Positions 35,847-46,283 are shown, counted from the stretch's first letter. The stretch: 50,306 bases of DNA from Nannocystaceae bacterium (GCA_041389865.1 JAWKRA010000004.1:1-50306); one strand, 5' to 3'. The notes: a model not told the origin generated them from the sequence alone. Translations and numbers: made by a program.

Positions 35847-36160
35847 TGCCCTCCCTTCGGCGCGCCGTGACCCGCGTGCTCGTCCGTGGTCGTCGCGTCG
35901 GCGGCGGGCTTCGTGGCGTCACGTTCGGCGGCTCCGTGACCGCCGTGATGGTGGTGGCCGTGACCCGCGTGGCCGCCTTCGTCGAGCGCGACCCCCTCGA
36001 ACGCCGAGCGCTCGGTCGGATCGGGACCTGGCTGCCACGCGCTCGCTGGTGCGTCGGGGTTGCCGGCGTCGCGCTCGGGCGGCAGCGGCTCGAGGCCAGG
36101 CGCGCGGCACCCAGCTACAAGGATCACCATCAGCAGCAACACTCTACAGAAGGATGCCAT
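35843..36160 (-). CDS. small His-rich lipoprotein (putative periplasmic metal-binding)
   Basis: Lipobox LVAGC, then HAGHGHHHHGGHG and HAGHG clusters. ATGA-type overlaps with both neighbours. Confidence 0.5.
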   Translation of the reverse strand: MASFCRVLLLMVILVAGCRAPGLEPLPPERDAGNPDAPASAWQPGPDPTERSAFEGVALDEGGHAGHGHHHHGGHGAAERDATKPAADATTTDEHAGHGAPKGGQ

Positions 36161-37496
36161 CTCGCCTCAATTCCTCGGTCGTCGCCGCGACCGCTTGGGT
36201 GCCCTTGGGGTTTACGTACCAGCCCGGATCGCCGTCGCCGGTGAGATCGTCGCGAACCTTCAGAATCGTGAACATCCCGCCCATGGTGATGGCGTCGTGG
36301 GGGCCGCGCGCGCCGACCATGGGGATCGAGTTGGCCGGGACCTTCATGCCCATGCTCCCCATCTCGCCCATGCCCTCGTGCCCCATGGTCATGTACCCGG
36401 GCGCGACCCGGCCGGCGCGACGATCGAGGTCACCAGGCTTGACGCCGATGAGGTTGGGCAAGTCGTGGCCCATCTGGTTCATGACGTGGTGGGTCATGTG
36501 GCAGTGCATCGCCCAGTCGCCCGGCGCGTCGGCGACGAACTCGACGTCGCGCGTGGACCCGACGGGCACTAACACGGTGGTCTCGGGCCACTGCGCGGGC
36601 GCGGGGATCGTGCCGCCGTCGGTGGCCACCACCTTGAAGTAGTAGCCGTGGAGGTGAATCGGGTGGTGATCCATGGCGCTCAGGTTGCCGAAGCGCAGGC
36701 GCACGCGCTCGCCGGTCTTCACCACCAGCGGCGCGGTGCCGGGGAACGCCCGCGCGTTGAAGGTGAGGACGTTGAAGTCCGACATCTCGTTGGGATCGGG
36801 GCGACGGGTCCCCGGCGCGATCTTCCACTCGCTGAGCATGAGCACGAAGTCGCGATCGACGGCGTAGCCGGCCGGCGGGCGACGGGGGTGGACGACGATC
36901 ATCCCCATCATGCCCATCGCCATCTGCGTCATCTCGTCGTGGTGCGAGTGGTACATGAAGGTGCCGGACTGGCGGAAGGTCCACTCGTAGCGGAACGTCT
37001 CGCCCGGGGCGATCGTGCGTTGATTGAGGCCGCCGACGCCGTCCATGCCGTTGGGCAAGAACACGCCGTGCCAGTGCACCGTGGTGGGCGCTGGCAGGCG
37101 ATTGGTCACGTACACGCGCACGCGGTCGCCCTCGACGGCCTCGATGGTCGGCCCGTGCACGCGGCCGTTGTAGCCCCAGCAGCGCGCCTCGAGCCCCGGC
37201 GCGAAGGTGTGCTCCACCTCCTCTGCGATCAGGTGGTAGACCTTGACGCCGTCGACGATCTTCCACTCGAGGGTCGCGCCGTCGGGAGTGATTGTGGGGC
37301 GGTAGTGGGTGCCGGGGAGACCGGGCGTCTGCGACGAGCCCTCGCCGCTGTAGCTGCGCTCCCACCGACGCGCGCCGCCGGGCGCGGCCTCGGCCGATCG
37401 CGCTGCGAGGAGGGTTGCGCCGCCAGCGAGCGCGGCGCCAGAGAGCAGCGCCGCACGACGGCCGAAGCGACTCGGGGAGTCGTTGCCATTCGTCAT
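36144..37496 (-). CDS. multicopper oxidase, Tat-exported (CueO/CopA-like)
   Basis: Twin-arginine leader SRFGRRAALLSGAALAGG. Copper sites HWHG, HSHHDE, HCHMTHHVMNQM. Met-rich segment MTMGHEGMGEMGSMGMK. Confidence 0.8.
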   Translation of the reverse strand: MTNGNDSPSRFGRRAALLSGAALAGGATLLAARSAEAAPGGARRWERSYSGEGSSQTPGLPGTHYRPTITPDGATLEWKIVDGVKVYHLIAEEVEHTFAPGLEARCWGYNGRVHGPTIEAVEGDRVRVYVTNRLPAPTTVHWHGVFLPNGMDGVGGLNQRTIAPGETFRYEWTFRQSGTFMYHSHHDEMTQMAMGMMGMIVVHPRRPPAGYAVDRDFVLMLSEWKIAPGTRRPDPNEMSDFNVLTFNARAFPGTAPLVVKTGERVRLRFGNLSAMDHHPIHLHGYYFKVVATDGGTIPAPAQWPETTVLVPVGSTRDVEFVADAPGDWAMHCHMTHHVMNQMGHDLPNLIGVKPGDLDRRAGRVAPGYMTMGHEGMGEMGSMGMKVPANSIPMVGARGPHDAITMGGMFTILKVRDDLTGDGDPGWYVNPKGTQAVAATTEELRRDGILL

Positions 37497-37742
37497 ACTC
37501 GTGGTTGATATCTACAGTCGGTTCGTCGCGCAATCGGATCGACGCTCGTCCCTCGAGTGCGCGTGCTCTCGCGGCTCCCGACGCGCGCTTCGATCCTTCC
37601 GCGTCCGCGGCGCGATCGAGGGAGTCGTCGAATTCGCGGCCCTGAGACCCCGTGGCGGTCGATCTCTACGACCCGCCGTTGCCCGAGATCGGGGGTGTAA
37701 TGCCCGGCGGGGTCGTCCGTCAGCCCGGGTGAGGAGCGACCC

Positions 37743-40145
37743 ATGCCCAGAGACACCCATCGTTGTTGCAGCCACGGCGCGCACCATCACACCGACGAAG
37801 CTGACCGTTGTCATCACGACTCGAGCCATCACCACCACGGCCACGTCGCGTTGGATCCGGTCTGCGGGATGACGGTCGAGGTCGACGCGGACACGCCGAC
37901 GCACGTCCACGAGGGGCGCACCCACTCCTTCTGCAGCGTCCGCTGCCGAGAGACGTTTCGCCGCGACCCCGCGCGCTACACCAGCGCCGCTCCGGCCACG
38001 CCCGCGCCGCCCGCTGATCCAGCGCAGGAGTACACCTGCCCGATGCACCCTGAGGTCGTGCAGCTCGGCCCGGGGAGCTGTCCCAAGTGCGGCATGGCCC
38101 TCGAGCCACGAGTCATCTCGTTGACGACGACGGAGGCGCCGGACCCCGAGCTCGTCGACCTGTCCCGGCGCCTGCTCGTCAGCCTCGCGCTCACCCTGCC
38201 GGTGTTTGCGATCGCCATGTCCGAGATGATCCCAGGGCTCGCGCTCGCCGAGCTGCTGCCCGCGCGGATCGTGACGTGGACGCAGCTGCTGTTGGCGACC
38301 CCGGTGGTGCTCTACGGCGGCTGGCCGTTCTTCCAGCGCGGCTGGGCTTCGCTGCGCTCGCGCCACCTCAACATGTTCACGCTCATCGCCCTGGGCACCG
38401 GCGCCGCCTATCTCTACAGCCTGGTCGCCGCGCTCGCGCCGGGGCTGTTCCCCGTGAGCATGCGCGGCCACCACGGCGAGGTCGGCGTGTACTTCGAGGC
38501 CGCGGCCGTGATCACCACGCTCGTGCTGGTCGGCCAGGTGCTCGAGCTCAAGGCCCGCGGTCGCACGTCGAGCGCGCTGCGAGCGTTGCTCGGTCTCGCG
38601 CCGCCGACCGCTCGCGTGCTCCGGAGCGGCGGCGTCGAGGAGGACGCCCCGCTCGCCGACGTCGTCCCCGGTGATCGGCTGCGCGTTCGGCCAGGTGAGA
38701 AGGTGCCCGTGGACGGGGTCATCGAGGAGGGCAGGAGCCACGTCGACGAGTCCATGATCACCGGCGAGCCGCTCCCCGTGGCCCGCGCTCCCGGGGATCG
38801 GGTCACGGGCGGCACCGTGAACGGGGCTGGCGGCTTTGTCATGCGCGCCGATCGAGTCGGGTCCGACACACTGCTCGCCCAGATCGTGCGCATGGTCGGC
38901 GAGGCGCAGCGCAGCCGCGCCCCGATCCAGCGCCTCGCCGATCAGGTCGCCGCTTGGTTTGTCCCGGTCGTGATCGCGATCGCGGCCCTCAGCTTCCTCG
39001 CTTGGCTGCTCCTGGGCCCTGCGCCAGCCGTAACCTACGCCCTGATCAGCGCGGTCGCAGTGCTGATCATCGCCTGCCCCTGCGCGCTCGGCCTGGCGAC
39101 GCCCATGTCGATCATGGTGGGGACCGGGCGCGGAGCCGCGGCCGGCGTGTTGATCAAGGACGCCGCGGCCCTCGAGACGCTCGAGAAGATCGACACCCTG
39201 GTGGTGGATAAGACCGGCACGTTGACCGAGGGCAAGCCGCGGCTCGTCTCGATCGTGCGCGCGCCGGGGTTGGACGAGGAGGAGCTTCTGAGCCTCGCCT
39301 CGAGCCTCGAGCAGGCCAGCGAGCACCCGCTGGGCGCGGCGATCGTCGCGGCCGCCGGCGCGCGGGGGTTGGCGCTGGCGGGCGTGGGCGAGTTCGCCTC
39401 GCGCACCGGGATGGGCGTCACCGGAGTCGTCGACGGACGCATGGTTGCGATCGGCAACCGCAGGCTCTTGCACGAGATCGGCGTCGACCCGCGCGCCCTC
39501 GAAGACGACGCCGATCGCCTGCGCGCGTCCGGGGAGACCGCGATGTACGTGTGCGTCGACGGGCGAGCAGCCGGAGTCTTCGGGGTCGCCGATCCGATCA
39601 AGGCCTCGACCCCCGAGGCGCTCGCCCGCCTGCGCGAGGACGGTGTGCGCGTCGTGATGCTCACCGGGGACAGCCGCGCCACCGCCCTGGCTGTGGCCCG
39701 CACCCTCCGCATCGACGAGGTCCACGCCGAGATCCTGCCCGAAGGGAAAGGTGCGTTGATCGCCCGTTTGCAAGCCGAGGGCCGCCGGGTCGCCATGGCC
39801 GGCGACGGCGTCAACGATGCCCCAGCGCTGGCCCGCGCCGACGTGGGAATCGCCATGGGCACCGGCACGGACGTGGCCATGGAGAGCGCCGGCGTGACGC
39901 TCGTCAAGGGCGACCTCCGGGGGATCGCGCGGGCCCGTCGCCTGTCTCGCGCCACCATGCGCAACATCCGACAGAACCTCTTCTTCGCCTTCGCCTACAA
40001 CGTCCTCGGCGTGCCGATCGCCGCCGGGGCCCTCTACCCGATCTTCGGCCTGCTGCTCTCGCCGATGATCGCCAGCGCGGCCATGAGCGCGAGCTCGGTG
40101 TCGGTGATCGCCAACGCGCTGCGCCTGCGTCGGCTGGCGCTGTAG
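37743..40145 (+). CDS. copA: copper-translocating P1B-type ATPase with His-rich + YHS/TRASH-like + HMBD N-terminal domains
   Basis: N-terminus [24 protein letters not shown]; DPVCGMTVE...[10 protein letters not shown]; [26 protein letters not shown] metal site [27 protein letters not shown]. Confidence 0.85.
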   Translation: MPRDTHRCCSHGAHHHTDEADRCHHDSSHHHHGHVALDPVCGMTVEVDADTPTHVHEGRTHSFCSVRCRETFRRDPARYTSAAPATPAPPADPAQEYTCPMHPEVVQLGPGSCPKCGMALEPRVISLTTTEAPDPELVDLSRRLLVSLALTLPVFAIAMSEMIPGLALAELLPARIVTWTQLLLATPVVLYGGWPFFQRGWASLRSRHLNMFTLIALGTGAAYLYSLVAALAPGLFPVSMRGHHGEVGVYFEAAAVITTLVLVGQVLELKARGRTSSALRALLGLAPPTARVLRSGGVEEDAPLADVVPGDRLRVRPGEKVPVDGVIEEGRSHVDESMITGEPLPVARAPGDRVTGGTVNGAGGFVMRADRVGSDTLLAQIVRMVGEAQRSRAPIQRLADQVAAWFVPVVIAIAALSFLAWLLLGPAPAVTYALISAVAVLIIACPCALGLATPMSIMVGTGRGAAAGVLIKDAAALETLEKIDTLVVDKTGTLTEGKPRLVSIVRAPGLDEEELLSLASSLEQASEHPLGAAIVAAAGARGLALAGVGEFASRTGMGVTGVVDGRMVAIGNRRLLHEIGVDPRALEDDADRLRASGETAMYVCVDGRAAGVFGVADPIKASTPEALARLREDGVRVVMLTGDSRATALAVARTLRIDEVHAEILPEGKGALIARLQAEGRRVAMAGDGVNDAPALARADVGIAMGTGTDVAMESAGVTLVKGDLRGIARARRLSRATMRNIRQNLFFAFAYNVLGVPIAAGALYPIFGLLLSPMIASAAMSASSVSVIANALRLRRLAL

Positions 40146-40277
40146 TCATCGGTCGTAGACTGATTGGTCCTCGCGCTCGCGCCTCCTCGGCGCGAGCGCG
40201 TCCGTTTTGTTGGCGCCCGAGTCGGCCGCCTCACGTAGAATGGCCGACACGAGCTCGCTGCAGCATTGAGGAGATCA

Positions 40278-40840
40278 TGAGCGCGTCCGCAACCTCCGAT
40301 GTCGCCCAGGTGCTGGTCGAGAACCATCGCCACTTCCTCCGCTTCCTCGAGCGGCGGGTCGCCACGCGCGAGGCCGCCGAGGACATCCTGCAGTCGGCGC
40401 TCGCCCGCGGGATCGAGCGCAGCGGGGAGCTGCGCGATGAGGAACGCAGCGTCGCGTGGTTCTACCGGCTCCTGCGCAACGCGCTCATCGACCACTATCG
40501 CCACCAGGACGCCGAGCGTCGGGCGCTCTCACGCCACCTGGCCGAAGAGGTGGCCCGTGGCGACGCGGACCTGGCGCTCGAGCAAGCCGTCTGTCAGTGC
40601 TTTAGGGCGCTGGTGGACACGCTGACTCCGGCGTACGCCGACGTCCTCCGCGCCGTCGACCTCGGCGAGGTCTCGATCGCCGACTATGCGGCGGGTGCGG
40701 CCATCACCGCCAACAACGCCCGAGTCCGCCTGCACCGCGCGCGCGCGGCCCTGCGCAAGAGCCTCGAGCGCATGTGCGGCACTTGTACGACGCACGGGTG
40801 CCTCGACTGCTCGTGCAAGTCCGCGTGTAGCTCGACGTGA
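40278..40840 (+). CDS. ECF sigma-70 factor with C-terminal cysteine-rich domain (CorE-like)
   Basis: Sigma-2 and sigma-4 regions, a linker CQC, and a tail CGTCTTHGCLDCSCKSAC. Sits between the Cu-ATPase and a multicopper oxidase. Confidence 0.75.
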
Positions 40841-41046
40841 GTTGGTGGCCCGACCTCGGCGGGTTCGCTACCGGCTCCGATAGTGTCGCCGACGAGCCCG
40901 CGGCCGGGCGAGCGTTGGCGCCGACGAGGGTCCCCTTGGCACCCCCTCCGGAGTATCGCCGTTTACCCCGGGGAGAGACCGGATCCTTCAACACCCCCCG
41001 CTTCGGCCCGCGCTCGGATACGCTATTCGATTGGGAGACACCCACC

Positions 41047-42459
41047 ATGAACGCCCGTCGGATCGCCTTTCTGATGAGCTCGATCGTCGTCGCCTGCGGA
41101 GACGTCGACGGAGCCGAGGCGCCGATCGAAGCTCCGATCGGCGCGCGGCCGCTCATCGACGTCGACCCCGCCGCGGATCGCATTGAGGTGAGCCTCGTCG
41201 CCGGGCCCGCGAAGTGGACCTACCTGCCGGGGAAGGCCGCCGCCGATGTGTGGGCCTATCGAGACGACAACGACCCCGCGGATTTGGGGCAAATCCCGGG
41301 CCCCGCGATCGTCGGCCGCGTCGGCGATCACGTCACCGTCCACTTCCGCAGCGAACTCCCCGAGCCGACCACGATCCACTGGCACGGCCTGCGGGTCGCC
41401 GCCAGCCACGACGGCAGCAACGTCTCTCAGTCGCCCGTCGAGCCGGGCGGCGCGTTCACCTACGAGTTCACGCTGACCGACGCAGGGACCTTTTGGTTCC
41501 ACCCGCACCTCGACGGGGATGTCCAGATCGAGCGTGGCCTCTACGCGCCCATCATCGTCCGCGGCGACGACGAGGTCGGGGCCGACGCGGATCGTCTGCT
41601 GGTCCTTGACGACGTGAAGCTCGAGTCCACCGGCGCGCTCTCGACGACGATCACCTCGCTTGATCTGATGGTCGGCCGCCAGGGGAACGTGCTCCTCGTC
41701 AACGGCGCTCGTCAGCCGCGCCTCGACGCTGCCGTCGGGGCACGCGAGCGTTGGCGCCTCCTCAACACGGCCAACGGGACATACTTCAACGTCGCCCTCC
41801 CAGGGCGCTCACTTCGCGTCATCGCCTGGGACGGCGGGCTGCTGCCCGAGCCCTATGAGGCGGACTCGCTGCTAATCGCGCCCGGCGAACGCTACGAGCT
41901 CCTCGTCGATCTCGACGGCGTCGAGGGAGATGAGATCGAGCTGCGGACGCTCCACTACGATCGTGGCCACGAGCTCCCGGATCTCGGCCCTCGCACGCTC
42001 GCCACCTTCGTCCTCGGCCCGCCGCCGACCCATCCTCGGCCGGACGCGCCCGCGCGCTGGGGGACCGTCGCGCCGCTCCCGGACACCGCGACGCGTCGGG
42101 AATTCGTCCTCCGCGAGGAGGAGCCAGCCGATCCGAGCGCCGAGCCCCGCTTCTATATCAACGACGAGGCTTTTCCGCTGACGACGCCCGTCATCAGCAA
42201 CCAGGGCGATCTCGAGATCTGGGAGCTCCGCAACGACGCCGAGATGGACCACCCCTTCCACCTCCACGGCACCTTCTTCCAGGTCCTGGACGCCCCCCAC
42301 CTCGGTTGGAAGGACACCGTCAACGTGCCGATGAAGTCGACCGTACGCTTCGCGGTGCGGCTCGATAACCCCGGAGAGTGGATGTTTCACTGCCACATCC
42401 TCGAGCACGCCGAGCGCGGCATGATGGGCGTGCTCCACGTGCTCGAGGCTTCACCATGA
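41047..42459 (+). CDS. multicopper oxidase lipoprotein (three cupredoxin domains)
   Basis: Lipobox VVACG. HWHG, HPHLDGD, HLHGTFFQV, HCHILEHAERGMMG. Confidence 0.75.
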   Translation: MNARRIAFLMSSIVVACGDVDGAEAPIEAPIGARPLIDVDPAADRIEVSLVAGPAKWTYLPGKAAADVWAYRDDNDPADLGQIPGPAIVGRVGDHVTVHFRSELPEPTTIHWHGLRVAASHDGSNVSQSPVEPGGAFTYEFTLTDAGTFWFHPHLDGDVQIERGLYAPIIVRGDDEVGADADRLLVLDDVKLESTGALSTTITSLDLMVGRQGNVLLVNGARQPRLDAAVGARERWRLLNTANGTYFNVALPGRSLRVIAWDGGLLPEPYEADSLLIAPGERYELLVDLDGVEGDEIELRTLHYDRGHELPDLGPRTLATFVLGPPPTHPRPDAPARWGTVAPLPDTATRREFVLREEEPADPSAEPRFYINDEAFPLTTPVISNQGDLEIWELRNDAEMDHPFHLHGTFFQVLDAPHLGWKDTVNVPMKSTVRFAVRLDNPGEWMFHCHILEHAERGMMGVLHVLEASP

Positions 42460-42908
42460 GGAACCCCATGCACAGACACGTCACGATCATGCTCCTGCTC
42501 GCGCTATCCACCACCAGCTGCGGAGACGACGGGACGGGCAGCGCGAGCGAGAATTCGACCGCCGTGATGACAACCGACGTTGCGACGTCAACCACCGACG
42601 GCGGCACCGAGACGGAGAGCACGAGCGACGCCGTCCTCCCGCCTGCAGCGCCCACGGACCTCAAGGCCAGCATCCTCGAGGGCGGCGTGCACCTCACGTG
42701 GAAGGACGTTGCCGAGGATGAGGACAACTACATCATCGAGAACAAGGTCGAGGGTGGCGAGTTCACGCTGGTCATCGAGCTCCCCTTCGACTCGGTGACG
42801 TACCACGACACCGGCGTGACGGCCGCGACCAGCTACACGTACCGCGTCAAGGCGGTCAACGCTGGCGGCGAGGCCGCGTCGAGCGAGGTGGTAGTCGCGG
42901 TGCCCTGA
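42456..42908 (+). CDS. lipoprotein with fibronectin type III domain
   Basis: Lipobox TTSCG, Thr/Ser-rich linker, FN3 pattern PAAPTDL...VHLTW...YIIE...YHDTGVTAATSYTYRVKAVNAGG. Confidence 0.5.
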   Translation: MRNPMHRHVTIMLLLALSTTSCGDDGTGSASENSTAVMTTDVATSTTDGGTETESTSDAVLPPAAPTDLKASILEGGVHLTWKDVAEDEDNYIIENKVEGGEFTLVIELPFDSVTYHDTGVTAATSYTYRVKAVNAGGEAASSEVVVAVP

Positions 42909-43034
42909 GCGACGCTGCGAGCCCACCAGCCGCCGGGCGCAAGCGAGCGCGCATCGAGGTCGACGTCACGCTCGTCCGGTCGCACGCGACGAAGGGGCCA
43001 GAACCAAGCGGCGTCTCCTGTAGACTCTCCTCCT

Positions 43035-44150
43035 GTGCTCGACACGAGGCTCGGCGCGAAAGCGGCAGCTGCCTGGCTCGCAGCCGTGCTCGTCTGCGGC
43101 TGTGCCGAATCGCCGCGCGAGCACACGCTGCGGATCTGGGGCGAGGCCTACGTCGAGGAGGAGATCCCAGCCGCCGACGTGATCGACGGCTGGTCGATCG
43201 TCTTCGACGAATTCCTGGTCGCCGTCGGCGAGATCCACGTCGTCGCGGACGGGGGCGTCGTCGATCTTCCGGGCTGGTACGCCTTCGATTTGACGGTCCC
43301 CTCCGGCGGCGCGGGCTTCGAGGTCGCCGCGTTTGAAGCGACAGGCGAGCTGCAGCGGGTGGACTACCGGCTCGGGCGGCCCGGCGAGATCATCGGCGGC
43401 AACGCGACGCCGGAGCAGGCCGCCCGCCTCGTCGCCGACAGGACCACGCTCTCCGTTCGAGGTCACGCGACCCGAAGCGACGAGGTGTACACATTCGCCT
43501 GGGACTTCGCCCTCGAGCTCGGCTCGCGCTGCGCGCTTGGCCAGGCGATCGCCACACCCGGCGATGATGGGCCGGTGATCACGATACACGCCGATCACCT
43601 GCTCCTTGACGATCTCGAGCTCGCCCCCGACATCGCCTTTGACGCGATCGCGGAGGCCGACGCCGACGGCGACTACACAGTCACCCGGGAGGAGCTCGCC
43701 AACGTCGACATCAGCGCGTTCCCGCGCTACCAGTCTGGCTCCTATGGAATCCCAGACCTCTGGAACTACATCGGCCACCTCGCGGGGACCCTGGGGCACA
43801 TCGACGGCGAGGGCGGGTGCGATCCCGAGTATGTCCCGGACGACTACCGCGCCCTCGAACCCCCGTCACACGGGGAGCACGCTCCCGCGCTCTTCGAGGC
43901 TCATTGCGCCGCATGTCATGGCTCGGACGGTCAAGGAGCAGGTCCTCTAGGACAGGTTTCGTGGCCGACGGCGTCGGACCTGACGCGGCTGCCACCGTCC
44001 GCCCTCGACCAGCGCTACCTCTACTTTCGCATCCTCGAGGGCGGCGCGTTCTTCCCCTACAATTCGGCGATGCCGGCGTTCGAGAGCCTGATTACCGAGG
44101 ACGAGGCCTGGGAGCTCGTCGCGCATGTGCATGCATTGAACGCCGGGTAG
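43035..44150 (+). CDS. lipoprotein with C-terminal mono-haem cytochrome c domain
   Basis: Lipobox LVCGCA. Haem-binding CAACH followed by a distal Met region (PYNSAMPAF). Confidence 0.55.
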   Translation: MLDTRLGAKAAAAWLAAVLVCGCAESPREHTLRIWGEAYVEEEIPAADVIDGWSIVFDEFLVAVGEIHVVADGGVVDLPGWYAFDLTVPSGGAGFEVAAFEATGELQRVDYRLGRPGEIIGGNATPEQAARLVADRTTLSVRGHATRSDEVYTFAWDFALELGSRCALGQAIATPGDDGPVITIHADHLLLDDLELAPDIAFDAIAEADADGDYTVTREELANVDISAFPRYQSGSYGIPDLWNYIGHLAGTLGHIDGEGGCDPEYVPDDYRALEPPSHGEHAPALFEAHCAACHGSDGQGAGPLGQVSWPTASDLTRLPPSALDQRYLYFRILEGGAFFPYNSAMPAFESLITEDEAWELVAHVHALNAG

Positions 44151-44264
44151 CGCGTAAGTCTCAAACTGCACCCGCGAGCCCGGTGCGGCGAGCACAGGTG
44201 CTTCGGCCGCGAAAGCGGACGTCCATTCACGATGGGCGTTCGTCCGTGACTCCTCGCGTCGCGC

Positions 44265-45080
44265 TCAATCGACCGCGAAGCTGTAGGACGCCCAAAAGCT
44301 CTCCCAGTCCGTGTGCGTGCACTCGTCGCATGGCCGCAGGTGAACGAGGCGCACGAGCCACACGCCGGGGTCGGTGAGCTCGATCCGCGCGACGCCGCGG
44401 CGATTCGTGCGTGCTCGTGCCGTACGCACGCCGCCGCCGGGTAGTCGCACATGCGCCGTCACGGGCGCCCGGGGGAGCGGTGCGCCCTCGAGGAGGACCT
44501 GAACCCGTAGCTTGTCGCCCCGCGCGGCGGCGTATGGATCGTCGAGGAGGACGATTTCGATCGGATGCCCGAGCACGACATCGTGGACCGGCGCGCGATT
44601 CGAGGCAGTGGTCGTCAAGGCCTTGATCGACCGCATGTAGCACTCCCGCTCCTGCGCTCGGTGACCCCTTCGCGCGCGCAGCTCGATGATCTCAGTGAGC
44701 CCCTCGTGCTCGAGGTAGTGGGTGAAGCGGTCGTCGGGGAGCTTGATGTCGACCCAGCGTCGCTCCATCGCCCACATGGCCTGGCCCGTCGCGCCGGTCG
44801 GGTAGCCGTCGAGCACGGGCGGGTCGCCAGCCGCACGCGCGCGCATTAGATCGACGATCCCGTCGGCGGTCACGAGCTCGAAGCGTCGAGTCCTCTCCGG
44901 TTGAAAACCCCGGCGCTCGGCGGCCACGAAGTCGTCGCCGACGCGTAGCTCGAGGGTGATCTTGGCGCGTGCGTCCGGGGTGTAGTCCGACGCCTCGAGC
45001 CAGTAATCGTGGGCCTTGATCGCACGAGGTGTCAACAAGAGCAGCGCCGCAGTGACCGCGAGTGATACCCGTCGAATCAT
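44265..45080 (-). CDS. DUF4198-family periplasmic protein
   Basis: Signal peptide then AHDYWLE N-terminal motif typical of DUF4198. Confidence 0.5.
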   Translation of the reverse strand: MIRRVSLAVTAALLLLTPRAIKAHDYWLEASDYTPDARAKITLELRVGDDFVAAERRGFQPERTRRFELVTADGIVDLMRARAAGDPPVLDGYPTGATGQAMWAMERRWVDIKLPDDRFTHYLEHEGLTEIIELRARRGHRAQERECYMRSIKALTTTASNRAPVHDVVLGHPIEIVLLDDPYAAARGDKLRVQVLLEGAPLPRAPVTAHVRLPGGGVRTARARTNRRGVARIELTDPGVWLVRLVHLRPCDECTHTDWESFWASYSFAVD

Positions 45081-45206
45081 GGGCGCGACTCTATAACTAC
45101 CCGCGATAAGACTTCAAGAGTCGTCGCTATACGACTGTACCCGAGCGCGGTTATTGGTGATAGCAACTCGCGGAGGGAGACGTCACGACGCGGGGCCAAC
45201 CTCGAC

Positions 45207-45569
45207 CTACGTAGCCAAGAACACGTGGACGCCACCGGTCCGGCGATCCTGTAGGGCCCAGAGCCGCCCCTCATCGATCCAGAGTTCGGCGATCCGCTCG
45301 ACGTCGACGAAGGGCAGGACCCAGTCGGGGAGCTCGAGCTCCTCCGCGAGCTCGCGTTCGACGTACGCACTCACGGAGCTGTGGACCCCGCACCAGACCT
45401 CGAGCGCCGCGAAGATCGCCGCGGCGTCATCACCGAAGTGGCGTCTCAACGCGTTGCGTGCCCTCGTCTGCGGTCGACCCGATGTCATCTCGCGCCCCCC
45501 GAGCAACTGGGCGCCCGCACGTCCGTATGCGGGCACCCCCGATCGACGCGCACGTCCGTGTGCGCCCAC
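45207..45569 (-). CDS. hypothetical protein (the start may be the internal Met at 45488)
   Basis: A conserved-looking C-terminal region (ELELPDWVLPFVDVERIAELWIDEGRLWALQD) with high GC3. No family assigned. Confidence 0.35.
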   Translation of the reverse strand: MGAHGRARRSGVPAYGRAGAQLLGGREMTSGRPQTRARNALRRHFGDDAAAIFAALEVWCGVHSSVSAYVERELAEELELPDWVLPFVDVERIAELWIDEGRLWALQDRRTGGVHVFLAT

Positions 45570-45587
45570 GAGCCACTGCGCCAGCTC

Positions 45588-46283
45588 CTACTCATCCGCG
45601 CCCCGTAGTGCTTCCGCCAGCCCGATCAGCTCGTGCGGTCCGAGCTCGGGCGCCGGCAGCCGTCGGTACAGCAACGACGCCTGCGGGATCGGGGGATCCT
45701 CGTCGTGTGCCCGCCGCGGAGTGTCATGTCCGGGAGGACAGTCGAAAACACCGAGCTCCAACCACGCCGGCCCGACCTCGCTGCAGGAGCAGGGGTTGCT
45801 CCGCGCGTAGTGAGCACAGCGCGGGGCCAGGAAGCCCTCGACGTTTCTGCGCGCGCGGGCAAGGCGAACTCGGTACGCGCCCTCCTCGATCTCGAGCATC
45901 GCGGCCGCCTGCGCCGGGTCGAAGCCCAGCACGTCGGTCAAGACGAACGCGACGCGGAGCGAGCCGCTCAGGCAGCCGAGGACGCGAGCGAAGCAGGTCC
46001 GTTTGGCCTCCCAGGCGAGCGACTCGATCGCCGCGATCGCTACCGTGATCTTCGGGCGTTGGCGGAGATCGTCGTCGAGGATCGAGAAGGTCGTGGTTCT
46101 GCGCTGCTCCTTCGCCACCGTTCGCGCCATCGCGGCGATGAGCGTCGAGAAGCGGGCGCCGCTGCGGGCTCGCGCTGCGGACCGGACGACGGCGCTCACG
46201 AGCTCGAGCGCCTCGGCCCTCGATCCTGTAAAGAGGAAGGCGCACCGGTGCAGGTCGCGGACGACGACGCGAAGGTCAGCCAT
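45588..46283 (-). CDS. ECF-like sigma factor with ~75-aa Cys-containing C-terminal extension
   Basis: Weak sigma-2 (LHRCAFLFTGSRAEALELVSAVV), clear sigma-4 (RVAFVLTDVLGFDPAQAAAMLEIEEGAYRVRLARARRNV), tail CAHYARSNPCSCSE...FDCPPGHD. Confidence 0.5.
   Translation of the reverse strand: MADLRVVVRDLHRCAFLFTGSRAEALELVSAVVRSAARARSGARFSTLIAAMARTVAKEQRRTTTFSILDDDLRQRPKITVAIAAIESLAWEAKRTCFARVLGCLSGSLRVAFVLTDVLGFDPAQAAAMLEIEEGAYRVRLARARRNVEGFLAPRCAHYARSNPCSCSEVGPAWLELGVFDCPPGHDTPRRAHDEDPPIPQASLLYRRLPAPELGPHELIGLAEALRGADE

Noticed and set aside
36430-37533. 367-aa minus-strand ORF in an alternative frame of the multicopper oxidase
   Set aside because: It is an Arg-rich frame-shifted shadow. The in-frame multicopper oxidase has all four Cu-site motifs.
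37512-39773. 753-aa minus-strand ORF antisense to the Cu-ATPase
   Set aside because: The ATPase frame carries DKTGT, CPC and GDGxNDxP; the antisense frame is junk.
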